A DNA stretch of 64,000 bases, taken from the NCBI GenBank assembly GCA_964016885.1, contig OZ024742.1, positions 344,348,001 through 344,412,000 on the forward strand, read 5' to 3'. The notes below the pieces were generated by a model. It worked only from the letters and a program-made list of their open reading frames with translations. It had not been told where the DNA came from and ran no database searches. This document shows positions 15,814-28,285 of this stretch, one piece after another. Within the stretch, counting starts at the first letter, position 1, and each line of letters starts with the position of its first letter. A program made the position numbers and the translations under genes. The DNA is from Eledone cirrhosa (Eukaryota).

Positions 15814-15857
15814 ACCGTCTATGCATTTCAGGCTTAACTGGCCTTCGTCAGGACGGT
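15814..15857 (-). ncRNA. Minimal type I hammerhead ribozyme, intact
   Basis: accgtc CTGACGA aggc cagttaa gcct GAAA tgca TA gacggt. Stem I is 6 bp, stem II 4 bp, stem III the palindrome ATGCAT. Confidence 0.9.
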
Positions 15858-15900
15858 CCCTCCCACCGCTTGCGACGCTGGACTAGTAGACAGGCGAGAA

Positions 15901-15951
15901 TATATACTTTTCTCGTCTGTGTAAATGAGGTGATTAATCTCATTTGCATAT
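15901..15951 (-). promoter_or_regulatory. Candidate octamer plus TATA promoter of family B
   Basis: Minus strand ATATGCAAAT-N31-AAAGTATATA, 49 nt upstream of CTGACGA. Function is inferred. Confidence 0.5.
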
Positions 15952-16586
15952 GAACCTGCATAAGTTGGCTTAACTTATAATAAAAAAGAAATAGGATTTC
16001 GCTTCAAGCATAGCTTTATACAATATGTAGAAATATTTCGTATCTCCAAAGAAATACGGTTTTAGGAAGCCGTAGCTATGCAAACACCGGGTGGCTACCG
16101 CCCTTTGGTGATGTCCAGCAGAAGCAAGGGGGACAACCCTCTATGCATTTCAGGCTTAACTGCTCAGTTTAAAAGAAAATAGCATAATACTTGGCTTCCT
16201 CCATGGGTAGAACAATTAAAATCGTTTAAAATATGATTAAAAACACAAAAGAAGAAGTAAAAGGACCCATAACACTATCACACTGTCACTCACTTATAAT
16301 AGCTGGGTCTGCTACACAGACAGGGTATATCAGACAAGGGAGTAGGTTGTGAATCTACTTAGTCTCTCAAAAATAATTATACAGATATGAACTTCAGATT
16401 ACATCAGGATTTCACTACATTTTATATATAGTGTATTTTTTAATACACATTATGAAACAGAGATCTGTCAGCCTATCTCCCTTTGTTTGTTGAAAAAGGA
16501 AGTAAGTGACATATATATATTCTATTTCGATGGCCGTTGACACTGTTGAGTTCTTCCGCCCTTGCCGGATTTTGTTATTATTCATT

Positions 16587-16631
<45 letters not shown>

Positions 16632-16772
16632 TCAATGGCAACATTGAGGACCGAAAAAATTAGATTACCGATATAAAAGACACAGAAGCGAAAAGCAAAA
16701 ACCAACCAAACAGTGAGTGTGTTCTGTTATTAATTCTGGCAATATTACACAAATATGATCCTCCCCAAGTAT

Positions 16773-16863
<91 letters not shown>

Positions 16864-16867
16864 TGTA

Positions 16868-16919
<52 letters not shown>

Positions 16920-17159
16920 GAGAGAGAGATGAATATATAACGGTATGCTCATGATGAAAAGAGAGTCAGAGATAGAGATATGCAGATAGAACTGAACATT
17001 ACTAAACTTGTTTCTCTTAAATCCTGTACAAACGAGATTTTACATTCTTCTAAATGTAATTATTATTGCTTAGAGTCAGGTGATCGCCTGAAAAGCCGAT
17101 CATGAGATGACCATCCATCATATTTTATTTAAGAAGTGATCAAATATTTATATATATAT

Positions 17160-17322
17160 AGGAACGAGTAGGACCCCGACGGCTGAGCTCAAGCCGTTTC
17201 GTCGAAACGGCTTGAGCTCAGCCGTCGGGGTCCTACTCGTTCCTATTACCCACTCTACTACCCTAAGTATTGAGTACTTTGTTGCGTTATGGTCCACCTG
17301 GTTCCTTACCACATGTCCTTCG

Positions 17323-17325
<3 letters not shown>
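17160..17325. mobile_element. Fold-back fragment of pseudo-LTR family A
   Basis: Near-perfect palindrome ggaacgagtaggaccccgacggctgagctcaagccgtttcg-t-cgaaacggcttgagctcagccgtcggggtcctactcgttcc, lying in (TA)n. Confidence 0.85.
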
Positions 17326-17404
<79 letters not shown>

Positions 17405-17730
17405 AATACGTTTTTGAATTTGTTTGAATGATTTCTGAAAACGTTTGTGCTGAAACAGATATTGTTATACATTGGAAGAGTCATGTTTCCATTAAAAACA
17501 CACGCACCCTCTATTTTTCACTTCAATTTATTGTAAATTTCCGGTTGGCTGGTTCGTTGGTTGGTTTGATAACCGGATGGATGTTTATAAATTGTCAAAG
17601 CTCTGTCGTCACACATTCTGTAAACTTCTCAGTGACTGGGTTTTTATTTTGTGTCTCTCCTTTGTTCTGTCCTACACAAGAGGGTGTAGGACAGAACAAA
17701 GGAGGGACACAATATAAAACCCAGTCACTG
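17405..17730 (-). mobile_element. Pseudo-LTR relic of the Naiad-like family with terminal hairpin
   Basis: Similar to 43385-43630 and to the reverse complement of 46335-46575. Degenerate hammerhead at 17593-17637. Inverted repeat at 17630-17730. Confidence 0.75.
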
Positions 17731-18340
17731 TCCTTCATCATCGCCGCCATGTCCTGCGTCTCCAAGAGATCAGTGTCTGTCCATAGGGCATCAACATATG
17801 TCAACCTCGGTCTCCCTCTTATAGTGTGTCAGTGTAGGGGCTCCCACGGGATCACTGAGTGCAGTGTCAACTCTGAATGTCGGTGAGTATGTCCAGCTAA
17901 CCTCAATTTTCTCTGTGTTACTTTCGAGCTGACTTTTGGGAGGGTCCCGTACAGCTCTGAGTTCTTGATCCTCAGAGTATACTGATTAATGTTCAGAACC
18001 ATCCTCAGCATTCTCGTGTAGCACCCATCCACCATCTGAGTGAGTTTCTTTGTCAGTGTCCAAGTCTCAGAAGATAGTGGACCTGATATCACAGCTCTAC
18101 ACCAATACCAAAGCCCAAGTCATTACACCTGATGGGATGACAGAGTTCTTTGAGATATTGCCTTGCGCTGGACAAACACCTGGACTCTAGCTTTACTGTA
18201 ACACCGGCTCAGAGCAGGAGAGTTAAGGCGAAAAAGATATCGGATGCTGAATTTACTGACGACATAGTTTTGGTGGGAAACAGTCAAGGAGGCAGAGGAT
18301 TTTATGCAGTGAAAATTGTGTCGATGAGTGTGGATTAATA
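17730..18340. mobile_element. RTE-clade LINE fragment with an inverted segment
   Basis: Minus 17730-18085: SETWTLTK..DGCYTRMLR..RLAGH..RGRP. Plus 18150-18338: TPAQSRR..ISDAEFTDDIVL (decayed FADD region). Confidence 0.7.
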
Positions 18341-18347
18341 TATATGC

Positions 18348-18410
<63 letters not shown>

Positions 18411-18411
<1 letters not shown>

Positions 18412-19000
18412 TAGCAGAAATACCCGGCGTTGCCCGGGTGTAAGTCGAACTTTGCTCTGTTGTTAAAATGTGTGAAAGTTACTTCCCGCGCATCACAGGT
18501 GCAAAAACCTTCGAACCTCAAGGAAAAAAACGGAGTTTTTTCTTGTCCGTCTGTATCCTAAAATTTTGTAATTGAGCATAAATAACGGATCAATTGTAGG
18601 TTCATAGTGTATCGTTGAAATTGTTCTTTGGACGGCTGACGGAAGTCAAATTCACTTAAAATTGAATTTTCAGTTGATTTTTAAAGCAGGGTGAAAAAGT
18701 CGATTATTTTTCACACACTTTTTTTCTTTTTACAATTTTCCGCGCTCACATGTGCAGAAGAAGAAATAAAAGGGACTTTATCTGAACCGCGGCATAATGG
18801 CGTTTTTTTGGGACAGTTTACAAGAAAATCGGACGTTCCTGTAAAAAGTTTTCCCATATGCAACTTTGCCTTGTTTTTTTGCGCAAAGTCGAACCCCCTG
18901 TTTCAGTTTTATTGATTTTTTACATGAATGCGTGACCTCTGAAGTAGATTTGAGTACCTAAAAACCTGTCCGGTAAATTTGTTATAGGTGAAAAAAAGTT
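18411..19000 (-). mobile_element. Helitron-like 3' terminus; distal boundary uncertain
   Basis: ctagcagaaatacccggcgttgcccggg directly after (TA)n. Confidence 0.55.
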
Positions 19001-19021
19001 GATCAAAATTGTTGCCTATAA

Positions 19022-19140
19022 GTTCTGAAGAGCCGCTCCATTTTTACCTAAGTTAATAATCTTCATCTGAACCAGATCAATAATGATCTATAATCATTTG
19101 ATCCAGAAACATTAGATGGAGTAGCGAAACAATTGTAAAC
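19022..19140 (+). ncRNA. Type I hammerhead with long stem II insert
   Basis: gtt CTGAAGA gccgctccat..atggagtagc GAAA caattg TA aac. Confidence 0.7.
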
Positions 19141-19157
19141 GGACATTATTATTATTA

Positions 19158-19290
19158 TTTCAAATTCCGCCGAGGTTAACTTTGCCTTTCATCCTTACGG
19201 GGTCGATAAAATAAAGTACCAGTAAGGCACTGGTTAATTGCTGGCCTTGTGTCCAAAGTAGAAACAATTATTATTATTATTATTATTATT
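19158..19290 (+). mobile_element. 5'-truncated SINE with Meta-like domain and (ATT)n tail
   Basis: ccgaggttaactttgcctttcatccttacggggtcgataaaataaagtaccag. Related copies at 26320-26505(-), 33725-33935(+), 38915-39100(+), 39405-39622(-) and 39636-39855(-). Confidence 0.75.
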
Positions 19291-22200
19291 GTTCTTTGAG
19301 TCTCAGTCATTGATGTTAGTTAACTTGAAAGTTTGTTGAAATGAATATCAAGCCACTACCTGCAGCTTCAGATATTCAGGACGTATCGGAGGGTTCTTGC
19401 TGTTCCCAGCAAGCATGCCTTTTGAAGTGTTCCAAAAAGCGGGGAGGGGCCAATTTTCTTTAACCATACCTGGAAACTCTTTGAGATAGTACCTAATGCG
19501 CCTATGACAATCGGGACCACTTTGACTTCATGGCAATTCCAAATCCTTTTTACCTCCCACTTGAAGTCCTGGTATCGGTTAATTTTCTCCCTCTCCTTCT
19601 CTTGCACTCTCGTGTCGAATGGGCAGGCCACATCCACAATCAGGCACGATCTTTTTTCCTTGTCCAAAACCACCAGGTCAGGTCTATTGTGTTCCAGTTT
19701 CTTGTCCGTCTGTATCCTAAAATCCCACAGCACCTTCACCTGATCGTTTTCTATCACCGCCTCTGGCTTATGCTCATACCACTTCTCAGAATGTGGTAAA
19801 TTGTTTACTTTGCATAGGTGCCAGTGTATCACCCTGCCCATCACATCATGTCTCCAGCCCTTATAGTGAGTCTGGGCTAGGTGTTTACACTCGGATACAA
19901 TGTGAGCCACAGTCTCCTCTCTCTCTCCACAGATCCTGCACAGTGGGCTAGCCTCCTCCTTATAAATGTGGTGTTTCAACCACTTCGTTTTGAGGACCTG
20001 CTCCTGCGCAGCAATTAAGATTCCTTCTGTAGCCTTTTTAAGGTCTCCTCTTTTCAACCAGTTCCATGTCTGTGGATCTCTAGATTCAGTTTTCTCAAAG
20101 AAGGTACTATGAAGGGATTTTTCCTGAAGGCTGCTCTTCCTCCTTGATGTTATTTCCTCCTTGGACATCCCCTGGCCTATTGTCCCCTCCTTCAGTACAG
20201 CTCTGATCATTGGCTCCTTACTATCAGTCACGTATTTGTGTAGGTTGTTTTTCTCCATCTGAACACAGTCCTCTATGCTGATAAGACCTCTTCCACCTTC
20301 AGATCTCCTTAAGTAGAGTCTATCGACATCACTCCTCTTGTGGAACATGTTGTAGATAGTCAATAGCTTCCTAGTCTTCCTATCCATTTCTTTTTGTTCA
20401 GCAACATTCCACCTCAGAATTCCCGCACTGTACCTAATAATAGACACAGCTCGGGAATTTACTGTCAACAAGCACATCCAACTCCTTCTCACTCTTCCCG
20501 AAGAGCTTAAATTCGTCCATGAAGAGGAGGTGATTGATGGCAAGCCCTCCCTTTCTCAACCTGTATCCTGCTCTCACTTTTCGCAGTACACTGGTCAGGG
20601 GCATCAGGGCAAGGACAAACAACAGAGGGGACAGACTATCTCCCTGGAAGATACCTCTCTTTATCTTCACGCTTCCCAAGGATTCTCCAGTTGATGTTAA
20701 CTCTGTTTCCCAGGAATTCATACTTTTGCCCAACAACTGCCTGATGTTATCTGCCACCTTGAATATCTCCAGGCTTTTGGTGATCCAAGAATGAGGCACC
20801 ATGTCAAATGCCTTTTTGTAGTCTATCCATCCCATGGCAAGACCAGTGTGTCTCCTCTTGCAATTCCTCATTACCATCTTATCAATAAGTAACTGGTCCT
20901 TTGTACCACGTGACTTCTTTCGGCATCCTTTCTGTTCGTCCGGTAACAAGTTGTTTGTGTGGAGGTGATGGTAGATTTCCTCAGACATAATGCTTGTCAA
21001 CAGTTTCCACATTACGGACAGACATGTGATAGGTCTATAGTTGGTAACATCATTACCCTTGATTCGGTCTTTCATTATCAGAACTGTGGTACCTTTTGTC
21101 AACCACTCTGGTACCTCACCTGACATCAAGCAGTCATTGAACATGGTTGTCAGTTTCGGGTGGAGGGATGTTATGTTTTTAATCCAATACCCCTGCACAC
21201 CATCTGGGCCAGGTGATTTCCAGTTGGTTAGTTTTTTGGCCTGCCCCTTAAGAGTTTCAACTGTGATACTCAAATCAGTTGGTTGGCGTGCCTGTTCACT
21301 GATCTCCTTCTGTACTGTCTCAATCCACACTGCCTGGTCATTATGTTTAACATCCTGCTCCCATATTCCTCTCCAGAATGTTTTAGTTTGTTCCGCCTCA
21401 GGGATCAAGTCGTTGCCTCTTTCTTTCCCTTCAAGCTGTCCAAACAGCATCTTCTGGTTGTTGTCGAACATGCGGTTCTGTCTATACTGGCTGACTCTGT
21501 TCTCGTATCGCCTGATTTTTGCACTTTTTGCTACAATGCGTTGCTTCAGTTCCTCTATGATGATATTTACCTTTTTCCTCCTAGTTTTGTACTTTATTTC
21601 CAGTCTATTTTTAGTGTCTATGTTTTTTAGTGTCCCATTCAGTAGTGACTCAAGCTTTCCAATGTCATTTCTCATTTCCCTGATTTGACCACTCAGTCGT
21701 TTCTTCCACCAAGGCTCTGCTCTTTCTTGTCTGTTGTTTCCTGTCGCTTTTATACCAAGTAGTTTCCTCACCGTATTTGCTGTTGCTTTGAGGATATTGT
21801 TACACTGGTGAAGGCTCCTCGCCTCAAGGTATGGGATGACTTTGTTTACCTTAGCTGTTGTTTTTTTTAACTTTTTCCTGTCTACAAACCTTAGGTTCAT
21901 AGGTCTCCCACTATCATTGTTCAATTCATCTACCACTAAGTTTAGGATATCTACCAAATCTTGTCCTAGCCCGTCAGCATTCATCTCCTCAGTGGCCGTA
22001 TTTCTGTTCCAGGTATTATTTATCTCAGCATTCAGATCATTGTCTGTTTCGGGTGGTTTCTCCGTTCTCTCGACCTCTTCACCTTCATTTCCCACTGGCT
22101 CGTTTGCCTGGCATACTCCACCCTCCATCTCCAAGCTAATCTCTCTGCCCAGTTCCTCCAGTTCCAGCTCGCTTATCCACCCATTAGTTCTTATTACCCG

Positions 22201-22635
22201 AGCCTGCCCGGCCAGTTTTTGTTCATCTAATTTAAATGGACCAATCTCGTTCCAGATGTTATGCATCCTTTTCCTATAGTCTTTCTCCTTGGGGTTACTC
22301 TTCAGGTAACATTGCATAACAGTTCTATTCAATTCTTTCGTCCAGTTGGTTCTGGTCCCTTTCCTTCTTCTTCTTCCTCCGACACCAGCAGTATTTGATT
22401 GACAGCCATGTCCCTGCTGCTGAGCCAGGGAGCACCTGTTGGGTGGGAGTCTGTCACATGACATTCTAGTCTCCATTTCACCGTTATTCGAACTGTTTAG
22501 GTTCGACATTTAAACACTCTTATCGAGGATTGGCGAATGTATGGTTACATAACCACCGGTGAATTACTTGTTTCCGGTGGTTTCGTCACTCCACGTGACT
22601 TTTGTGTGGCATTATCACGCTGTAGACGAACCCAA
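19291..22635 (-). mobile_element. Near full-length R4/Dong-like LINE (RT plus RLE), internally deleted
   Basis: ORFs 20434-22509 (NWKSPGPDG, NYRPITCL, WIDYKKAFD, GIFQGDSLSPLLF, HLLFMDE) and 19368-20543 (CRIC..ETVAHIVSEC, RHD, NRPD..D, VPIVIGALG). (TAA)n tail. Confidence 0.92.
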
Positions 22636-22835
22636 ACAAACAAACAAACAAACAGGCAGAAAACCCCCCAAAAATGAATAAGCATAAGTTTCATTGTAAT
22701 GTAGTGTTTGAATATCTGACTTAGTTTTCCCCTTCCTTTCTCTGTCCGTCCGTTTGTTTTTCTCTTCATTTTTATTTCCTTTACGTTTTTCGCTGTTGCT
22801 GTGCTGCTTTGATTTTGATTTTTTTTTTTTTTTTG

Positions 22836-23693
22836 ATTTTGACCGGGTCATCAATTCAGTCTATTTATATATTTTGATGTTTTCCTCTTTTAGTGGGAAT
22901 TCTACAATGTAGCAGCGGATAGCGGGAGTGAATAGCGGCGGTAGTGATACTGAGGCAGCGGCGGCGGGGGTGGTGGCGGTGCTGTGCTAGCAGCAACTAG
23001 TAGGAGGTAGTGGGAGGGAATAGCGGCGGTAGCGATAGTGAGGAAGCGGTGGTGGTGATGTGGTCGTATTACTGTAGTGATGGTGTTGAAGTTGGAGTAG
23101 AAACTTGAGTCGACTTGACCAGAGTTTTCATCGTGGTAGTGGTGGTGGTATTGGTGGTGAAATTATCTTTAGTGAAATTATCGTTAGTCGCGTATATGTG
23201 TTGACATTTACCCATAATATTGGAATTAAACATTTTGTTAAAACTAAAACTTGATTTTGATTATTGTTTTTTTTTATTTTTATTTTGATCGGGTCATCAA
23301 TTCAGTCTATTTATATATTTCGATGTTTTCCTCTTTTCGTGAGAATTCTACAATGTAGCAGGGGGTAGCGGGAGAGAATAGCGGCGGTAGTGATATTGAG
23401 GCAGCGGCGGCGGTGGCGGTGCTGTGCTAGCAGCAACTAGCAGGAGGTAGTGGGAGAGAATAGCGGCGGTAGCGATAGTGAGGCTGCGGTGGTGGTGATG
23501 TGGTCGTATTACTGTAGTGATGGTGTTGAAGTTGGAGTAGAAATTTGAGTCGACTTGACCAGAGTTTTCATCGTGGTAGTGGTGGTGGTATTGGTGGTGA
23601 AATTATCTTTAGTGAAATTATCATTAGTCGCGTATATGCGTTGACATTTACCAATGATATTAGAATTAAACATTTTGTTAAAACTAAAACTTG
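22836..23693. repeat. Tandem duplication, period ~446 bp
   Basis: ttttga(c/t)cgggtcatcaattcagtc at 22837 and 23283. Both units end aaaactaaaacttga. Confidence 0.9.
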
Positions 23694-24111
23694 AGGCAAT
23701 AGTAATAGTAATTATTATTATTATGCTGAGATTGGTGGTGGTGGTGGTGAAATTGCCGTTATCGGGCTGTTGTGTTTAGTGTACACAGAGAGGTGATGGG
23801 GTAGGTGGTGTATCTAGTTTCTGATGTTGGTGAAATTGCTGTTATTTGGCTGTTCTATATAGTGTAGACAGAGGGGGTTTCCTTCCATTTATAACCATTT
23901 TCTTTTTGAATATAAAATGTATAATACAAAATTGAATATTTGAGCGATATAACAATATATTGTGGATCCGAATTTTTTGGGACTCAAGCTGGATGTTTTA
24001 CGCAACATTTGTACTAAGAATTGTTATTTCACAATTGATTTAAATATGTTAAAAAATCAAAACTTACGGGAGCGATTTCTCGACCTTCTATCCAGCATGT
24101 GTGTCTTCTTC

Positions 24112-24176
<65 letters not shown>

Positions 24177-24809
24177 CTTACGTTAAACTATAATTACACT
24201 CTTTATTCCTTACATTAAACTGCAACTATGTTGAGACTCTTTAAATAATGTCTTCCTTGTGAAATTTGTGGTCTTGTTTTGCATAACTAATGAATATATA
24301 TATATATATATTGGTAAAAGGAAAAAAATATGCTGACAAATTGTTCCCAGTGAAATATAATTTAATTAGGAATAAGTAAAAATTAGTAATAGTATTGGTT
24401 AGTATTCAGTTTTGGTTTTAAGTTTTACCGGTTGTGCATTTCTAATGCTTTTCAAAAATAATTTTGAGATAGAGCGCCCGTGATGTTTGCTCTAATCTGA
24501 TTAGTTTTGGAAATTCTACCTGTTTTATGTAAAAAAAGTGGCTCGAGATGTATGATAAAATTCTTGTGGTCAAAACAATTTTGATTGGTCGGGAGAGGTT
24601 ATGTGAATGTTAAAAATTGATTTTGCGCCAAATGTAGGTTTTCTCGGCTGATTGAGAAGTCACTGAAAAATAAGTCTTTCAAGACAAATATGTGTGTGTG
24701 TGTGTGTGTGTAGTAGTAGTAAAGAGGCTCGTTGTTGTGATAATGGTCAGCAGGGATGTGTGTGCGAACCGCAGCCTGTTGACAGTTCAAATGCCTATTA
24801 AGACAAGTG

Positions 24810-24844
<35 letters not shown>

Positions 24845-25040
24845 GGCAGAGTAATTCGTGGTAGAGGGATGGTCAGTAGGAATGTGTCTGTACGTGTGTG
24901 GGGGATATTTTAACATGTTAAAAGATATTTTTCAGCTCTTGTCTTATACGGAGAAGTGTGGGTGTGTGTTGTGTGTATATGTCTCTTTGTATGTTAATGT
25001 ACGCGTGTGTATGTGTGTGTGTATATATGTGGGTGTTTGT

Positions 25041-25095
<55 letters not shown>

Positions 25096-25439
25096 AATGT
25101 GTGTGTGGGTGGACCAGTATTTTTGTGATACTGGTAAAAATGGTGTACATTATTCGATATTTTCAGTAAAAACGATTCTCTCAATAGAACATAAAAAACC
25201 TTAATAATAAAACGTGTGAAATGATATATAGTATTGGCATAATACCAAGGTGTGTGTGAGTGTCCAGATTGTACGTACTGCAAGGGGAATCCATTAGGCC
25301 TTGCCGTATTGGAATACTTTTGTACAAATATGTATGTGCCCATCAGTGTGCAATGCATGTGTGCGTATATGTATGTGTGTGTGTCGGCACGTTTATATCT
25401 ATAGACATCAAAAGGTACTTATATATATATATATATATA

Positions 25440-25805
25440 TAAGATCAAAATATGTTTAAAAGAGTTTCAAGTATTTTATTATGCGCATTTCAAAAACAAA
25501 TATCATCATGGGATGATATCTGCGTTCTCATCAGATAAAATATGGAGACATGATATGAAGCTTAAAAAACACTTGTGAATAGTGAAGTTTTAAATCAACA
25601 TATCATGTCTCCCTATGTTATCTGATGAGAACGCAGATATCATCCCATGATGATATTTGTTTTTGAAATGAGCATAATAAAATAATTGGAACTCTTTTAA
25701 CCATCTTTTGATCTTATATTATTTATACTCCAGTCCTACAAACTGTAGAGTGCTACTTATCCGATATTTGCATTGCTTTATTGTGCTACAATAAAACTCA
25801 CCTCC

Positions 25806-25810
<5 letters not shown>
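25440..25810. mobile_element. Fold-back hammerhead unit, family D
   Basis: 25440-25557 is inverted against 25598-25716. Hammerheads at 25476-25538 (-) and 25618-25680 (+): ttat CTGATGA gaac..tttt GAAA tg(c/a)gca TA ataa. Confidence 0.8.
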
Positions 25811-25859
<49 letters not shown>

Positions 25860-25865
<6 letters not shown>

Positions 25866-26165
25866 AATAAAATAACAAGGACGATTGGTTACTCCTTCAT
25901 TACGTTTATTGGTTGGTGACGTGCGTTTCGCCGCTGATCAACTCAAGGTTCGATCTGTATCGATCTATTACTATTACAAGGAGTCTGACGTGTCGCGGAT
26001 TACAGAGCCAACCAATAAACGTAATGAAGGAGTAACCAATCGTCCTTGTTATTTTATTTCACTATAATACACTCTGTCTAACTCTACACCTCGACACTGA
26101 AGTGAACCTAATCATCGAGTGCTCACCCAGGTGAACCTACAGTAACTCCAAGTTACTCTCCCTGG

Positions 26166-26168
<3 letters not shown>
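25860..26168. mobile_element. Rearranged fold-back copy of family E
   Basis: 25860-25965 is the inverted copy. 25983-26168 is the sense copy with the 3' half of the ribozyme deleted. Matches 9237-9476. Confidence 0.8.
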
Positions 26169-26211
<43 letters not shown>

Positions 26212-26237
26212 TTTCATATAGTGTGTGTATATAGTAT

Positions 26238-26293
<56 letters not shown>

Positions 26294-26319
26294 GTGTGTG
26301 TGTGTATACTTATATAGTT

Positions 26320-26505
26320 GTTTCTACTTTTGGCACAAAGCCAGCAATTACACAGTAGATTACTGGTACTTTATTTAATCGATCCCGTAAGGATGAAAGG
26401 CAAAGTTAACCTCGGCGGGATTTGAACTCAGATCATAAAGAGAGGTTACTCTTTGCGTCAAAGCATGGCGTTCGACCCTCTACCGATACTGCAAATCCAC
26501 CGCCC
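26320..26505 (-). mobile_element. tRNA-derived SINE (Meta-like)
   Basis: Minus strand has gggcggtggatttgcagtatcggtagag..gagttcaaatcccgccgaggttaactttgcctttcatcc. Confidence 0.75.
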
Positions 26506-26754
26506 TTATACTTATATAATATATATATATATATTGTCATTCAGAGTTTTAAGTACCTTGTAAACAGACATTTTGATACATTCTAATTAATACAGCTAAA
26601 AAATGACACATGTTAAATTTATATATTACTAATACCATGTTACATACTCTCTCATACAGATCCACGTACTTAAACATCTCTTCTTTCTCTTATTCTCTTC
26701 TTATTTCTCTCTCTCTCGAAAAAAAATATATGTATATGCGTGTGTACGTATATA

Positions 26755-26810
<56 letters not shown>

Positions 26811-26892
26811 AATATATAGAATAAGGAAAAGCGAAGTAGTTTCATATGTATAAATATATATATATATATATATACATATATATATGTAAATT

Positions 26893-26984
<92 letters not shown>

Positions 26985-26987
<3 letters not shown>

Positions 26988-28244
26988 CGAAAGAAATGTG
27001 GTAAGGAACCAGGTGGACCATAACGCACTCAATACTTGAGGTAGTAGAGTGGGTAATAGGAACCAGTAAGACCCCGACAGCTGAGCTCAAGCCGTTTCGA
27101 CGGCTAATTCTGGACTAAATGAAAATTTATCCTGGTATTTAAATAGCCGATCTTCTCAAGGGGTAATTCCATATATGGTCAAAGTGATTGTCAAAAATCA
27201 GTAGTAATTCTGTGGTTGCAAATTAGTAGGGGAGATGGTGGCTAAACCTGCCAGTAGGAGAAAGAGGGGAGGGGTGGAGTAGACCCAATCAAGCGTTGGT
27301 AGTGCCAGCTACAGCTGGGCATGAGGTCAAAGAAGATACAGGGGAGGGGGAGGGGGAGGAAGTCGGAACGGTAGGTAGAACAAAGAGGGGTAGAAATAGG
27401 AAAGAAAAAATACTGAGAGTGAAGTAAAGCAAATAAGTGTAAAGAAAAAAGTAAAGTAAATTAAATTCTACGACCTAGGTGTCAGGCTATTGTTAGGCTA
27501 GAATAAAATAAAGAAATAAAGAAAGAAGTAAATAAATAAATAAATAAATAAATAAGGAAATAAGTAAAAGAACTAGGTGGGACGGAAAAGGCAAGGACCC
27601 TTTTAAGAGGTATAAGCACGTAAATGATACGGTGACGGGTCAACAAAAGGGGCCAAAATACTAAAGAGACTACCACGAAATAAACAATAAAGGTTTCCAT
27701 CCCGGGCCAGCAACGACCCAGTGCAGCAAAGTGAACTTGTACGAGATAATAATTCTGAGTCCCGAGAAAAATATATACTAATGCTAACTCTAAAAGATCT
27801 AAAACAAGCTACATGAAAGTTCGTACGAAATAAAGGTAGAATACGGAGAAATAAATTCAGAATCCACCCCGCCCAGAAGAAAAGCGAAGCAAGAAATACT
27901 GAAACGAAAAAATAAGGCATAAGTGCCACTAAGAAATATAGAGGGCACAGAGAATAGTGGGAGCGGTCGGAAAAAGGGGGCAAGTATCCGGGGTCTAAGC
28001 CAACTGCTATAAAGGGCGGAGTCCGTATCTTCTTTGACCTCATGCCCAGCTGTAGCTGGCACTACCAACGCTTGATTGGGTCTACTCCACCCCTCCCCTC
28101 TTTCTCCTACTGGCAGGTTTAGCCACCATCTCCCCTACTAATTTGCAACCACAGAATTACTACTGATTTTTGACAATCACTTTGACCATATATGGAATTA
28201 GCCGTCGAAACGGCTTGAGCTCAGCTGTCGGGGTCTTACTGGTT

Positions 28245-28248
<4 letters not shown>
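26985..28248 (-). mobile_element. Penelope 3' UTR plus pseudo-LTR family A with inverted terminal copy
   Basis: 27165-27340 is the reverse complement of 28025-28200. Hammerhead at 27071-27164. (TA)n flanks. Confidence 0.85.

Positions 28249-28285
<37 letters not shown>

Larger units (their letters stand above)
14427..16163 (-). mobile_element. Tandem ~320 bp ORF-less hammerhead repeat, family B, interrupted by a Helitron
   Basis: aagaaataggatttcgcttcaagc at 14427 and 15986. aaatatttcgtatctccaaag at 15709 and 16031. Hammerhead at 15814-15857. Confidence 0.85.
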
